From Owenia fusiformis (lineage: Eukaryota): a DNA stretch of 64,000 nucleotides. The notes under the pieces were generated by a model, which searched no databases, was not told where the DNA came from, and saw nothing but the letters and a program-made list of their open reading frames with translations. Positions 39,496 through 52,429 of this stretch are shown here, one piece after another (the stretch's first letter is position 1; each line of letters begins with the position of its first letter). A program made the position numbers and the translations under genes. The stretch is taken from assembly GCA_903813345.2 (NCBI GenBank), contig CAIIXF020000001.1, positions 42,656,001-42,720,000 on the forward strand. Direction: 5' to 3'.

Positions 39496-39965
39496 TAGGG
39501 GACAGAGGGGCAAGACGGACACCCTAAGAGCTTTACAGCTTGTAAAGATATTTTGCTAGGATTTCTGTCCGCTGAACCCATGTTTATCGAAACAAGGAAC
39601 ATTGGTTCTCTGAGATACAGTGGTATTGATTTTGAAATGAATTTTTGAATTTCTATTTATAAGCCTCTCACTTTTGAGAAAAATGATTTTGTGTGGTCAT
39701 GGGGCAAGAAGGGACCCCCGTGAAGCAAAAAGGGTCGTTCTATCAGAAACCGTCTTTGAATTTTACCAAAGTCTAATAGAAGTGGGGCAAGAAGGGTCAC
39801 TTTTTGGGGGAAGTGCCGCCGATTGAATCTGGCGCCTAAATGAAACAAAATAAACGGCGAATGAGGTCAGTGCCATGATAATCCCATGTCAGAATATAAT
39901 ATCAGACTATATATACTTGGTGGTCCGTCATGCCCCAGGAATCCTTCTTACCCCGCTGTCCCCTA
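39496..39965. mobile_element. MITE (Tc1/mariner-pogo-like, TA-bounded)
   Basis: TAGGGGACAGAGGGGCAAGACGGA / TCCTTCTTACCCCGCTGTCCCCTA inverted ends; internal GGGGCAAGAAGGG copies at ~39700 and ~39784. Confidence 0.7.
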
Positions 39966-41589
39966 CCCCATTTGCGACAGAAGTGAACGAAAATCAACCT
40001 GGATGTAATCATGAATCGTAATTACTATACATCATAAACTTTCAAGTGAAAGAATCAATCATATCAACAATTTTAGTTATAACTTATTACATTCAACAAA
40101 TAGATTGTATTGCCACTACTTGTTAAGATGATTCAATTCTAGCTCTTTTACCTACATCTGGTATAAGATAAAATGTTATTTTAAAGGCTTCGTTACTGAA
40201 TAAGATGCACTTAGGTTTTCGTCAAATGATTATCTCGTAGCAACAGAGGTTTAAGTGGAAATGCATAGCCCAGTTTCCAGGAAGTCTTTTAAAATGGTAA
40301 TTCCCTTAAGATCGTACACACATTTGGTTTGCTATTGAGGATAGACGCATCCATATAAAAGGCACTGTTATGAGAATCACACTTAACCGATATTAGGATT
40401 GATGTAACAGGTGGCAGTAAAGGAAAAATAAATAATACAAGAGTAGGTTTAACCAATTACAAGAACGGTCTGTAATTGAAGTATACAAATTTCATTTTAC
40501 TAATCAATAGTTATTTTTAAATGTCTGGATTTTACTTAACCAAGGATATCAACTTTCATAAAGAAATGTACACTGGACCAAGTTGATGATATAAGATCTG
40601 GGCATTAGCCTATATCGTGTAAATATTGTAATGTATAACCATCCGACATATAATATATTTGTCTGCACGCATCATGTACATATTGACTGCTTATAACAAT
40701 AGGTAATGTATCTGCGAATGGCAGTCCATATACATGTACTTATTGTAAATGAAATGTGTATATCTGAATTGCACAAAATACACTTAACAAACTGGTATGG
40801 TATGATACTGCTATAAATTATATAACCATGACAACACGAAATCGAAAAAATAAACATGTTTCACACTTACAATAACCGATGAAGCAATTAAGGAGAATGC
40901 ACGTTTCACTAAATAGATATATTTGTATCAGACAAATATAACAATATAGTTAATTACTAAAATATTTTCTTTGATGTATTGTGCTTGAGTAAAACTAGCA
41001 TATTAACAGTCTTATTGTATAGATACAGATACAAAGATCCAAATCCAAATCCAACGATACAGGTGAATGATGGGATTATATTTAATACGAAAGAAATGAT
41101 ATATCCAATACATATAGACTGTCGTTCAACTGTGTACTTAATTGGAAACAATGTGTATACAAATAGAATGATTGACGGACATGCCGATAAGGATAAAAAA
41201 CATGTGTTCAGTTCCTCGAGATGCCGTGAACTGCATCTTCATTCGCACTCTCGGTCTTCTCTGTGACCGAAAGGGACCGAGTGAACGATGGTGAACTATT
41301 CATTGCATATTTGAAATGTGGTACAAGTTCCTGTCAAGTTACAAACCTGTTTTTAATGAAATCATATTTTATTGAACACTAAATGTGCATGTTAAATTTA
41401 AAATCACCTTATACGTACATGATACGCTTACAAAAATTATACGATTGAATTAAATTAATAGAAAGAGGAAGTATTGCAAGGGGTGGGAACGCGCAGAGTG
41501 TTTTCGTTGAGTACAACAGGAAAGTACAAAAACTGGGTAGTTTTACTTCGTTGTCTGTGAACGTTTTTAATACCGCCATACCTACCAAA

Positions 41590-41800
41590 TGCTCATTACG
41601 CTCTCAGTACATCGAGGTAACGTTCAATTGTTACATATTGGCACCCAAAACTTTAGTTTTTCAATAATGTGGGGTTAACTACGGAATGTACAAAATAACA
41701 ATATTTCTTTGGTTAACCCCACATTCTAGAAAAACAAGATGGATGGCTGTCAATTTACATCGATTGAATATTTCCCCGATGTGACTGGAACGTGATTAGG
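41590..41800. mobile_element. Degenerate fold-back element (~90 bp arms)
   Basis: AATGTGGGGTTAAC (41666-41679) / GTTAACCCCACATT (41712-41725), with imperfect pairing extending outward. Confidence 0.55.
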
Positions 41801-43066
41801 GTGTTGTCAGATAAAGGATACAGTACAACCGGTCTACAGACTACCAAATAAAACTACACCTACCTGCTTCACGAACGGAAATACGCGTTTCCTCCCCTTG
41901 AATTAATTAGAGTCTAAATCAAAAACTATTGATCCATAGGTGGGGTATGGAGATTAGTTGTAAGAATGAGTGGGGTTGTCACATATGTGGGGTATGTGCA
42001 CCTCAACTTAACCTAGCTTTAATGAAAATACGGCTAAGTATGATAAAGATAGTTATGATTTTAAGCCCAATGCCAGATTTGTGAGGTATCGCGTGGTTCC
42101 GCCATTGAAGCGCCACACAACTGACAGGTCAGCTATGCTTGTACCGCAGAAGACATAGAATGATCATCGATATAATACCTCACTATTATTACGTAAACGG
42201 AACCGGGTATTATATTGATGATTCTATGTCGTCTGAACTATTTGTTCGCAAACCTTTAGGTTTTCTTAAACATATGATACTGACACACGTTAGTGATAAA
42301 AAAAAATGACATGGCAATTCTGCCCACAACTGGTGGAATAAGGAAAGGATAAGGAAAATCGAGGTTCCGACATTTTGTTACCGAAACGGATCCGTTTCCA
42401 TAACTTGTTTGAAGAGTGCAGTACCAGTGTTTATGGTACATCTTGGGATAAAGTCGCGACACATTTATGTAAAAGATATGTGAACAATATATGTGATATG
42501 ACTTGTAATAAACTCAATGTTTACATGCTACCACAATCATGTCACGTCTACGGTATTTTCAAACGTATTTTCAAAAGACAAATAATAAAGTTTCGTGTAA
42601 CCTCTTTTATTTGACTTTATTGATAAGGTTAAGACAAGATGTATTTTCAAAGTCAAAATAATTGTACATAATAATTGGCTTTTAGAGGAAATTATTTGTT
42701 TTGTCAGATGTATTTGAAGTTAAGTTTATGAAGAAAATTGAACTTAACCAATTTAGCAATGTTCAAGCATTCGATAATGTTATCTAAGTTAGTTATAGTG
42801 TGAAGACGAGCATTCAATATCCTGTTTTCCAATATAATTTGGTACCGAAATGTTTTTTCCATTACCAGTGCTGGTACTTTTTTTCATATGTGTCATTTTT
42901 GATATTGTTTGACGAAGTACTATCAGCATTTTCTTGTAACCCTTAGATATGATAACATCATTTTTATTGTATAGAAAGTAACGTTTAATAAACAAATGAG
43001 AGAAATGAAACCGCAAGGTCTGTACGAGTAAGGTAATGGCCCCCTTTTTACCTTGATTGTTTACTC

Positions 43067-43570
43067 AACAAGGCATTAACATGACAAAATGTCACCACCT
43101 AGGTGCTTAAATCTATTTAAAGTCATATTTGAACTTCTGAGAACTTGTAGATGCTTTGGAAAAAAGATCAATTTGAAGCATGTTGAAAAAAGGCCTTTTG
43201 ACCTTTTTTGACCTTGAAAATGTCATTGAAGGTCAAATCTCAAATCCAGAAGTCAAAGTCAGATTTGAGCTTCTGAGTACTTGTAAATGATTTTTATAAA
43301 AAAGTTTAGTCAATTTGAAGCAAGTTGAAAAAATACCTTTTTGAACTTTTTTGACCTTGAGAAGAACATTTAAGGTCATATCCCAAGTCAGATTTGAACT
43401 TCTGTAGATGAACTTGTAGATGATTTAGAAAAAATGAAGTTGGTTTAAACAGTATTTGTTAAGTTATTGGAAGTTGAAAGAATTTGTTACAGACGCCAAC
43501 CGCCATCCGCCGTCACAAAAAACGGAGACCATAATAATGATTAGTCACCACTTTTTGAGTGGTGACACAA
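43067..43570 (-). mobile_element. HINE/Helentron-type element, second family
   Basis: On the minus strand: head GTCACCAC-N7-GTGGTGAC hairpin, (GGCGGAT/GGCGGTT) microsatellite, TGACCTT-rich central repeats, 3' GGTGGTGACA subTIR and CTTGTT end. Confidence 0.7.
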
Positions 43571-43680
43571 TGAATAGAACCAACTTATTTTGTGTAAGTT
43601 TGTCAGTACAATATAAAGAAGAAAAAACATTTAGACACAATTAGCCATTTTATCGTATGATCTCTAAAATGAAGCCCTCT

Positions 43681-43812
43681 GATTGGTCAGTTCTTGTACT
43701 GTACCAATCTGTATTGCTACTGAGATTTTCCCCTCCGTATCAATATTTTCTGTATTGCTACGGAGATGATCAATCCCGTACCAATACAGGGTGACAGGTT
43801 CATGTGACGTCA
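43681..43812 (+). promoter_or_regulatory. Candidate promoter of the recombinase gene (inverted CCAAT box, CRE palindrome)
   Basis: GATTGG at 43681 and TGACGTCA at 43805-43812, within 160 bp of the ATG; motif match only. Confidence 0.35.
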
Positions 43813-43837
43813 TCTAAAGGTCAGACGAGTTTCCAAT

Positions 43838-44876
43838 ATGGCTGAGTGTCGACATGATCAACAAGTGAAACGTAGGTTTATGGATTTATCTTCAGCAGAT
43901 ATCGAAGAAAAGAGATTAAAATACGTGCCTAAGAATACTTTAGCCAGTAATAAAAAAAGCGGAAAGTTGTTAGAAGCTTTCGTAACTCACAAAAACCTGT
44001 GGAAAGCCGACGTCAACGAGGACAATCATGACTTTTCCAAATTTTCTGCCAAAGAACTTGACACAATTCTTGGTGAATTTTACCTATCTGTCAGAAAGGA
44101 AGATGGGGACATGTACAAGGTATCAAGCTTAGAAAATCTCCGTAATGGAATTAACCGATTTTTGCAATCGCCACCATACAATGTGAAATTTGACATTGTG
44201 AAGTCATCGGAATTCCAGAACTCCAACAAGTTCTTCAAAAGTGCCGTCCAAGAACTCAAGGCGGAAGGACTTGGTTCAACCGACCATTTTCCAGATATAA
44301 CCCAAGAAGATATTGAAAAAATGTATGAAGACATACATATGGATCCAAACAATCCTTGTGGATTATACAATAAAGTTCACTTTGAGATTCGACTCTATTT
44401 TTGTCGCAGAGGACTTGAGAATATCACTGACATGACAACAGATACTTTTCGTGTTTGTAAGGATGAAAATGGAATGGAATATGTTATAAAAACTAAAGAT
44501 GAGTTGACTAAAAATCATCGTGAGAAACAGAAAGAACTAGTTACAGGTATTATGCCAGCTAATGGTAATGAAAAATGCCCGGTTAAGTCATTTAAGAAAT
44601 ATGTGTCGAAGCTGTCAAAAACCAACGACAAAAATAAGGGACGATTATGGCGATATCCTATAAAAACCACCAATTTTGACTTTGACAACCCTGATGAGCA
44701 TATGAAGTGGTATACTGATAGACCAGTGGGTGTGAATTCCATAAAACAGTTCATGCCAAACATGTCGAAGATGTGTGAACTCAGCAAAAATTACACTAAT
44801 CACAGTATAAGAGTTACTGGCTGTACAATATTGAGTAAAACAGGATATAACAATGCACAGATAATGTCTGTAACAG
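43838..44876 (+). CDS. Crypton/DUF3504 tyrosine recombinase, exon 1 of 4
   Basis: FYLSVRKEDGDMYKVSSL..LRNGINRFL, FCRRGLEN (catalytic R), LTKNH, CPVKSF..Y, WY..PVG.N, YTNHSIRVT (HxxR); ends IMSVT-G at donor ACAG|GTGAGG (phase 1). Confidence 0.92.
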
Positions 44877-45390
44877 GTGAGGAAGCTGCATAATGCTTTT
44901 TTAGATATTAGAGGTATTAATTCCTATGTAATACTTCTGAATTTTTTTGTCCTTAGATGTAAATGTAATTCTTATCATAGTTTAGAGAGATTTCAATCTT
45001 AAGACTGCAAACATTTTCGTATGATATAAATTTGATGGTTAACAGAAGTGTGGGTATTTTGTGAGTGTATGCTACAAGTGGGCGAAGCGAATTAGCTTTG
45101 AGCACGGGTCATCTCTTCAAGAAAATTTGAAAATGAGCTTGCATTTGAAACATACTTGGGCATTAAAGTACAAGATTCTGACTAATATAGATCAATAAAA
45201 TGTAAATTAGGCCCCCTATTGGCCATTTTTTCAGAATATCCAGTATTTTTAAAGTGTAGAGAAATTCAATATAAAAAATTCACTTTTTTTCTAATCTTTG
45301 AGAGTACGCCTTGCGTTTGATGCGTACATGACTATGCCATTGGTAAATGTCAATTCTCTGTATTAAGCAATCATGATTTTGTCTTTCCAG

Positions 45391-45540
45391 GACACAGAAG
45401 TACTGCCAGTCTACCACTGTATCAGAGGGTGTCAGTTGATGAGAAGATCTCCATGGGGAAATCAATCAGTGCTGCACTGGGAAGTTGCAAACCAGATACC
45501 AACAGCACCATGCAGTTAGACCTATCTTTTGATGACAATG
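45391..45540 (+). CDS. Crypton tyrosine recombinase, exon 2 (catalytic His and Tyr)
   Basis: Acceptor TTTTGTCTTTCCAG|; translates (G)HRSTASLPLYQRVSVDEKISMGKSISAALG..FDDN; donor G|GTAAGT; 150 nt, phase 1-1. Confidence 0.9.
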
Positions 45541-45842
45541 GTAAGTAAATTCATTGGCCCAGCAGTATTTTGAAATATTACTCACAGTAACTTGAGTTTG
45601 ACATTTTGGAATGTTTTTTCAATTAGTACAGTAGTCAGTCACAAAGATGAATTGCTTATGACATCCTGATATTCATAAACCTAATATTTTTTGAAGTGTT
45701 CTTTATACTTCCAGACCATTAATTATTGCTATAATTGTATAACATCAGTTTTCATATTTTCTTGCTTAATGAATATTGATTGTGAGCTAATTTCAATTTG
45801 ATCAAAGTTTGTATTCCAAAAACTTCTTTTGGTTGTTTTCAG

Positions 45843-45974
45843 ATCTAACAGATGTACTTCAACTACAAGGAGCCTCATCTGATGAGCCATTTACAACAAT
45901 TGATCAGCAAGTAGCCAAGACTAGTACACTGGATCAAGGATACTCTAACTTTGACCTGGATTCAGTGTTACAAG
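45843..45974 (+). CDS. Crypton tyrosine recombinase, exon 3 (acidic linker)
   Basis: Acceptor GTTGTTTTCAG|; open frame DLTDVLQLQGASSDEPF..LDSVLQ; donor CAAG|GTAATG; 132 nt, phase 1-1. Confidence 0.7.
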
Positions 45975-46278
45975 GTAATGTGTATTGAGTGACGAGATTT
46001 AACACAGATAGCCTAATGTCAGAACATTTATTCTTAGAAGCGTTTGATATTAAACAGAAACAACAACAGTTTTCTAATCAAGGAAATGTGTTGAAAACCT
46101 CTTTAATTTTCCTATTCTAGCCTATGATTTAAGCTAATGAATGAATATACAATGAACAATACAATAAATCATTCGATTCAATGTAGTAGACATTGAAACA
46201 TAGGATTTGCTGGTGAATATTGTTTTTTCAAAATCATCTTGTTTTAATGACCCAACATAGTGATTTGCTGTATTCCAG

Positions 46279-46517
46279 AGCCTTTTAATGACACAGATGA
46301 CTTCCTGTTGTCCCAAACATCGACAAAGATTGCCACAGTAACAACTACAGTACATGGAACAAAGTCTCCCAAGTTACCTCCACTTGCTGCTGAGACAAAG
46401 TCACCTAAACAGATTATCTCTGATCGAAGGTCCCCGAAAGTACCTCTTGGATCTGTTGGATCAGGACTTTTCAATAACTGTAACATTCAAAACTTGAATG
46501 TATATTGGAAGAATTAA
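46279..46517 (+). CDS. Crypton tyrosine recombinase, exon 4 (terminal)
   Basis: Acceptor GTATTCCAG|; EPFNDTDD..SPK..SPK..SPK..GLFNNCNIQNLNVYWKN-stop; in frame with exon 3. Confidence 0.75.
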
Positions 46518-48160
46518 TTCTTCTTGAAATGAGAGTGTGGAACTAGTATTCACACAACACGTTGAGAAAGTTTAAAATGACTCTTGTTCCATGTAGTTGA
46601 AACCTTTAAAATGTATTACATTTGTTCTTATTCTAGTCATAGTATTTTCTAATCTTAATATTATGGAACATTTTATTTGTAAAAATACAAAAATATTGTT
46701 TCTAGTCAATACAGAACCATTGTCTGTACATCTTGCCTTATGTTCAGTTTATTATACTAGAGACTTTATGCTGTCATTCCTCTCCAAAACCTGTTTAAAT
46801 ACATATATATTGTATTTCATTCATGAAAAAAAGTGGCTACATTGAATTAATGGTTTTAGAGCAAGTCGCAATATTTCCCAGGAAGATGGGGATTATCTCC
46901 CTAAGTAAAATGTATTGGCCTAAGATCACACGATAAAAACGTTTCGTCTCGTGCCAATACGAAATTTCTCGAGCACAATATATCCTGTATTGCACTTCAA
47001 ATCATTCAATAACTTATATTATTTTCTCATTAATTATTCAGTTTGGTAAGGAGGACGACGAGATTGAATATTTCAGTGTAGTTTTCTTGCCCTGTCTAGT
47101 TTAAGGCATGTGATTAGAATTCAATACCAGTCTTATTTTTCAAAAGAAAATACCAGCCTTATGAAATACTGATTTCAAAAATATTCAAAATAGTTACCTT
47201 TGTCGCCAGAATATTTTATTATTCATTAAGTACAGTACAACTCTCACTTATCGTGTGCATTCAACTTTATGCAACAATAAGGCTCTCTTGATATACTTAT
47301 GGTAGTCAACCACATATACATGTATGTGTCTTCAACCCTAGTTCTAAATTAGAAAAAACATGGACGATAAAGTATTTTTCAAATACTAGTACACGTGTGA
47401 TTGCACCTGCGTCTTGATTCATTAGCTTATGGTTATTTATTCTACTCCGTTTATCTACCGATAAATTAAAATTCGAGACTCTGTGTTGTATTACACATCC
47501 ATACTCATTTATGGTATATGATTCTTATTGAATTGTAACCAAAATGCATATGAGAGAATGGTGTTCGATCACTGAATAAAACCTAAACATAAGTAAATGT
47601 TTGCAAGCTGGCTCTTGACTTTAAGTCTTATTTTCACATAGTAAACAATATTCAAAAAGTGTACAAATATGTAATTTTACTATGTAAGAAATATAATTAC
47701 TAAAACATGTGTGAGCAATTCAATCAACATGGAGTTTGTTAGCTTTTTCGGATACAACACATTATTTTCACATTTTCTGGGATCCACCAGGGATAGGGCT
47801 GAAGCAATAGACATAATAGGATTATACGTGATCACTAAATATCCCAATGTAAACATGTGATTGCATTGTATTGAGGCGAGTGCAAGAATGGTATCTGTAA
47901 AACATGAAATAAAATTTTATCAGAGAAGACATTTATTTTACAATTTGAAAACCAACTATTTTTAAACAAGACTAACAGTGATAAATATCGCGCTTTGAAG
48001 AGAGGAAATGGTCGCCATGTAATTTTGCCACGACGCCCAAAACCTAATCACACCCCATGTATAGTCTGTCACGTGACTTTATGGATGACGTTGGGTCAGG
48101 ACAGTCAGATCTTTTACCATGAGTACTTTTTCAATTTAATATGACATTTCTCATTAATAC

Positions 48161-50045
48161 AATATGTTTTCTGTCAAGTAAAGTCCGAAGGATATTATAA
48201 ATATCAATCGAACGATTCGAAAAACTGAATAGGGACCTTATGTCAACATTTTTATCAAAATGATGAACCTATTTACACAAAAGAAGATCTTTTTCTAAAT
48301 TTTATCGCTCGGAAAGATTATTCAACATGGGATATAAAACTCTTTCAAAAGTAGAATGGTACAGAAAGTCTAATTTGAAGATTAAAAATTATGCTGAAAA
48401 CAATGGATAGCACGAGTTTTCCCTATGGTAAAATAACAAATGTTATTTTTAAGTTTGTCGCATTTCAATACCAACCTCCTTGTTAATACAGTGCAGAGGA
48501 AACATTTGATTATTTAGATTGAGAAAAACAAGATCCACTGTATTTATGGCCTCCAGAAAGTACTCATGGTGAAAAATATGACTGTTCAAAATCACTTGCC
48601 ATACTGTAAAAATTTCAAGTTGGACGGACAAGCGTATAGAGGAGTTCCCACATAGCTTTGAAATCTCGCTAATTCTCGTTTTTCATGAGATTTTAAGAGA
48701 TTTGCACTTTTAACCTCTGCCGACTAACTTTTCTTTTTAATAGCATATTTGAAACCAGTGAAAAGTTTTCCACAACAATAACTTTGATTTATACAGTTAT
48801 GCCATTCAATAACATGACTTTCTTAAAAACTTGGGCCAAATCTCCACTGATGCAATGCTAAGATTTTTTTAAAACCTTGGTTTATTCGTTTGAAAATCAA
48901 AAATGTTATGATTAATCACAACAGGTACATTGACGGGGTCATCCCAAACTCGGATGAAGAAATTAGACAGATTCAAACATCAATTTCTGATAGAAACTGA
49001 AATCAAGTGACTATTGCAAGCTTTTAACATTGAAGTGAATGACAGTCTGGCCCAAGCAAAATGAAGAAAGACAATGGTGACATATTTTATTTCAGCTTTA
49101 TTCAGCTACTTTGTAGAATATAGAAACTATACAGGGTGGTCGGAAAAAATGGGACACTCGTATTTCAAAAATAAATATTGCTGGCAGCATGCGCTTACAT
49201 GCCTTAGACCTAACCCTAATCAGATCTTGGCACTCGTCTGCTCTTGCCTTGGAATTTTGATGACAAGATTTACTTTATATGGCCACCCATCCGCACGCCC
49301 GTACGTCCATCAGCACAAGATGACGACATTATAGGCCTAGCACTTTTTCCAACTAGTTAGACACTCAACGTTGGTTTATTTTTTGAATTGAATATATTTA
49401 TAGAAAATATTGACATAGAAATGATAATTTGAATGATCTTTTTCAAAAAAAATGTTTACACCCTAAATGAAGTCACTTGAGGTGCAAAATCGTTTAAGGT
49501 CTAAAACATTTAAGTGGCACATTAGATATGACATTTCATTATTATTGAAATAGTGTATCCTTTGTTCAATCTTCGCAATGGTGTTAAAAAGATAATAAAT
49601 ATGTAACGCACTGTAAAGTGGAATATTTGATGATTAAAATGTCAACATTTATTTGAAAATGGAGGGAAAGGTCCATGTGCAGTATGGCAAGTGATTTTAG
49701 AAAGTCACATCTTTAACCATGAATACTTTCTGGGCATGAATACAGTGGTTTTTATTAAAACAATATGTTTTCTTTCAAGTGAAGTGCCCATGATGATAAA
49801 AATATCAATCGAACAATTCGAAAAAATATGAATAGGGACCCCATGTCAATATTTTTTGTTGAACAATGTTGAACCTATTTACTCAAAAGAGGATTTTTCT
49901 GGTTTTTATTGCATGAAAAGATTATTCATCAAGGGGTTTAAAACTTCTTCAAAAGTAGAATGGTATTGAAAGGTTAGTTTTGAAGATATCAATTTTCGAT
50001 GACCAAAGTTATGCTGAAGACAATGGATAGCACGAGTTTTCCCTA
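48161..50045 (+). repeat. Dispersed direct repeat pair (~270 bp; 48161-48425 and 49762-50045)
   Basis: Both copies run AATATGTTTTCT..AATATCAATCGAAC..GAATAGGGACC..TTCAAAAGTAGAATGGTA..CAATGGATAGCACGAGTTTTCCCTA. Confidence 0.8.
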
Positions 50046-52429
50046 GATATACTGAGACGTCATCCCTACGTCATTTTGACACAATAATTTCTCACGTTTT
50101 ATAAAATTGCTTAACGTCGTATTAATAAATGATTAGATTGTTCTTGGAATAGTATTCCTTGGATTGTTACATATGTTAACTAACTCGTGTTATTCGTCGG
50201 TTTTCCTTGGAATAAAATCTTGGAATAAGATCCCAAAATATATTTTCTTCATCCTAGTGTCGGAGCAACGAGATGTAAATGAAAAGTTCTCAAAATAACG
50301 AGATAGAAAGTATGTCAATAAAAAACACCGTCGGCTACAAAAATGTAAAATTAAATATTCTCAACTCGACTCTGTGTCCATCACTGCCCTTTCAAAGCAC
50401 AATCACCAGGCAAAGCCAGTGAATTCCAATGAATTACATGTGAAAACTATTAGCGTATTGTAATTGCTATTTGATTGCATTACATTCCAAACGAGATTGA
50501 AATGCAAACTTACGGGCAGCTGCTCAAAGGCGGATGTAATTCCTTGATTACCAACTAACACTTGATTACAATTTCATATAAATATATATATATATATATA
50601 TTATTGCAGTTGATTGCATCTTGGAATGATGCTACTCGTTTGTGATAACACATTCCTTGCATAAACGTGTGTAGACTGGCTGAATGACTACTTTGCGATT
50701 GCTTCATACAAATTGCTTTCGGCATTCCAAGGAAATGCCCATGGTAACCCCTGAATTAAATCAGAGTCTAAGTAGAGCCATAATTCTTTCCAACACCTCT
50801 CTAATTAATGTTGTTATATTTATTCTATCTGCAGATGAATCAAATTGGCAAATATTGATGAAAAATCAAGATTTGCTCTTCCTCTTGGCAAATTAATATT
50901 TATGAAGATATGATGAATGAAATTGTTTACTTGGCTAATGAAACTGCAGATTTCTTAATGTTGAAACTAAAAGACAAGTCTCTCTTCTAAAATTCTTGAA
51001 TGATTTCGTCATGAATGATGAATTAATTTGCTTACTCGTCATAAGAATTAAAAAGTCGTAGACATGCCGTAGCGTCAAACTTGCTGCACAGTCGCCGTAT
51101 GGTCGACTTGCGGCTGTCTTGGATTATTCGTCAAATATCTTAGGGACACCTCAAGGCGTCCATGCGTCACTTCTTCAAAGGTCGGATGACAGTAACATGT
51201 TTTCTGTCGCCACAAAATTCAAAATACGCTGTGCAGCAACCACAGCATATGTGACTGCTAAAGTATGAGACCGTGGAAATGCTATGTAGTGGCCGTAGAT
51301 TTGCTATTGACCAATTGACCTCCAGAAACTATAGATACTAATAAGTTGCTGCTGTATAATCTCAAGCAAATAACGAAACATGTCTAAAACAAATGTTACC
51401 ACTAAGGTCAACAAAAAGGTTGATTTTTGAGTTGAATGGTGAGATTTTTTCCTAAATGCAATATGTCACAAGGATTGTTTTCTCTTCTGGACTCCATTTG
51501 CTAAATTGAGAATGGAGGTATAAGACGAATAGTTTTAATTTTTTAAAGGGGCCAAAATATTTTCCTAACATTTTTAAAAGATACTCCTCTGGGATTTTCA
51601 AAAATAGTTTAGCCCTCCCTTGTAATTTTCCTCCGCCTCTGCTATCACACCGTGTAGACATCCACATGTCTACGTTATACTATTAGTCGATCAGTCTCAA
51701 AACGTTTTAAACGTAACAACCTAGATGGTGTAAAAGTTGATAAAGATACCGTGTTGAATTGTAGTCCAACGGGATGCAGTGATGAAGTTACCCCAGGCCT
51801 CTTCCATTATTCATTCTGATGGTTTCACAACACTCAATAGTTCTAATTGGTTAAATAAGACTTCTTTTGGGATGCCCAGAGACAGGATTCTAACCTGGAA
51901 ATGGTTGTCAGAACTAATATGTTTCGTGCTGGCCGACAACACAATAAGTCGATAATTACTTTAAAGATGAGTTATCGTAGGGGTGGATCAGTAGATATGG
52001 AAGGGGTAAATGGAGATGGTGTGAAACCTCGAACTCTCGCCAGAACGTTTATTTAGAAGCAAAGTAATCTAGTTTTTATTCTATCATAATCAGAGCCCAA
52101 AATGATTTTTTTTGAAAAAAACTTCAAGTTTGCAACAACCTGTGATACTAGTCTCATACTCTTTGGTGCATAGTCGTCCAATAACAGCAATACACAATTG
52201 AATTTTATAAGTTGCGAATCGACAATGCCAATGAATATGCATGACGATTGTTTCAACCGATATGTCGTCGCGTGAGAATAACTTTGTACTAACTGCCATT
52301 TTCAAAAAAATTGAGATAGACATGGAATTTTACTATTTGAAACACAGGCTTTTATCTCAGATACATGCCCCATCTCAATTCCCTCTCATTAAGCTAGAAT
52401 TCAGTGTGAAATTGTACCATCTCCAGACA

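Larger units (their letters stand above)
43640..47020 (+). mobile_element. Putative full-length Crypton (tyrosine-recombinase) transposon; exact ends approximate
   Basis: Contains the spliced YR gene; 16-bp inverted repeat at 43648-43663 / 46923-46938; GTATTG(G)C motifs clustered at both ends; no TIR-plus-TSD structure and no RT. Confidence 0.7.

Noticed and set aside
44080..44787. Antisense ORFs inside the recombinase gene (and similar ones inside the GPCR)
   Set aside because: Shadow frames of real coding sequence.
44877..44893. ORF-track C-terminus EEAA-stop of the recombinase
   Set aside because: Read-through into intron 1 (GTGAGG donor); the spliced frame restores the conserved TGH..Y motif.
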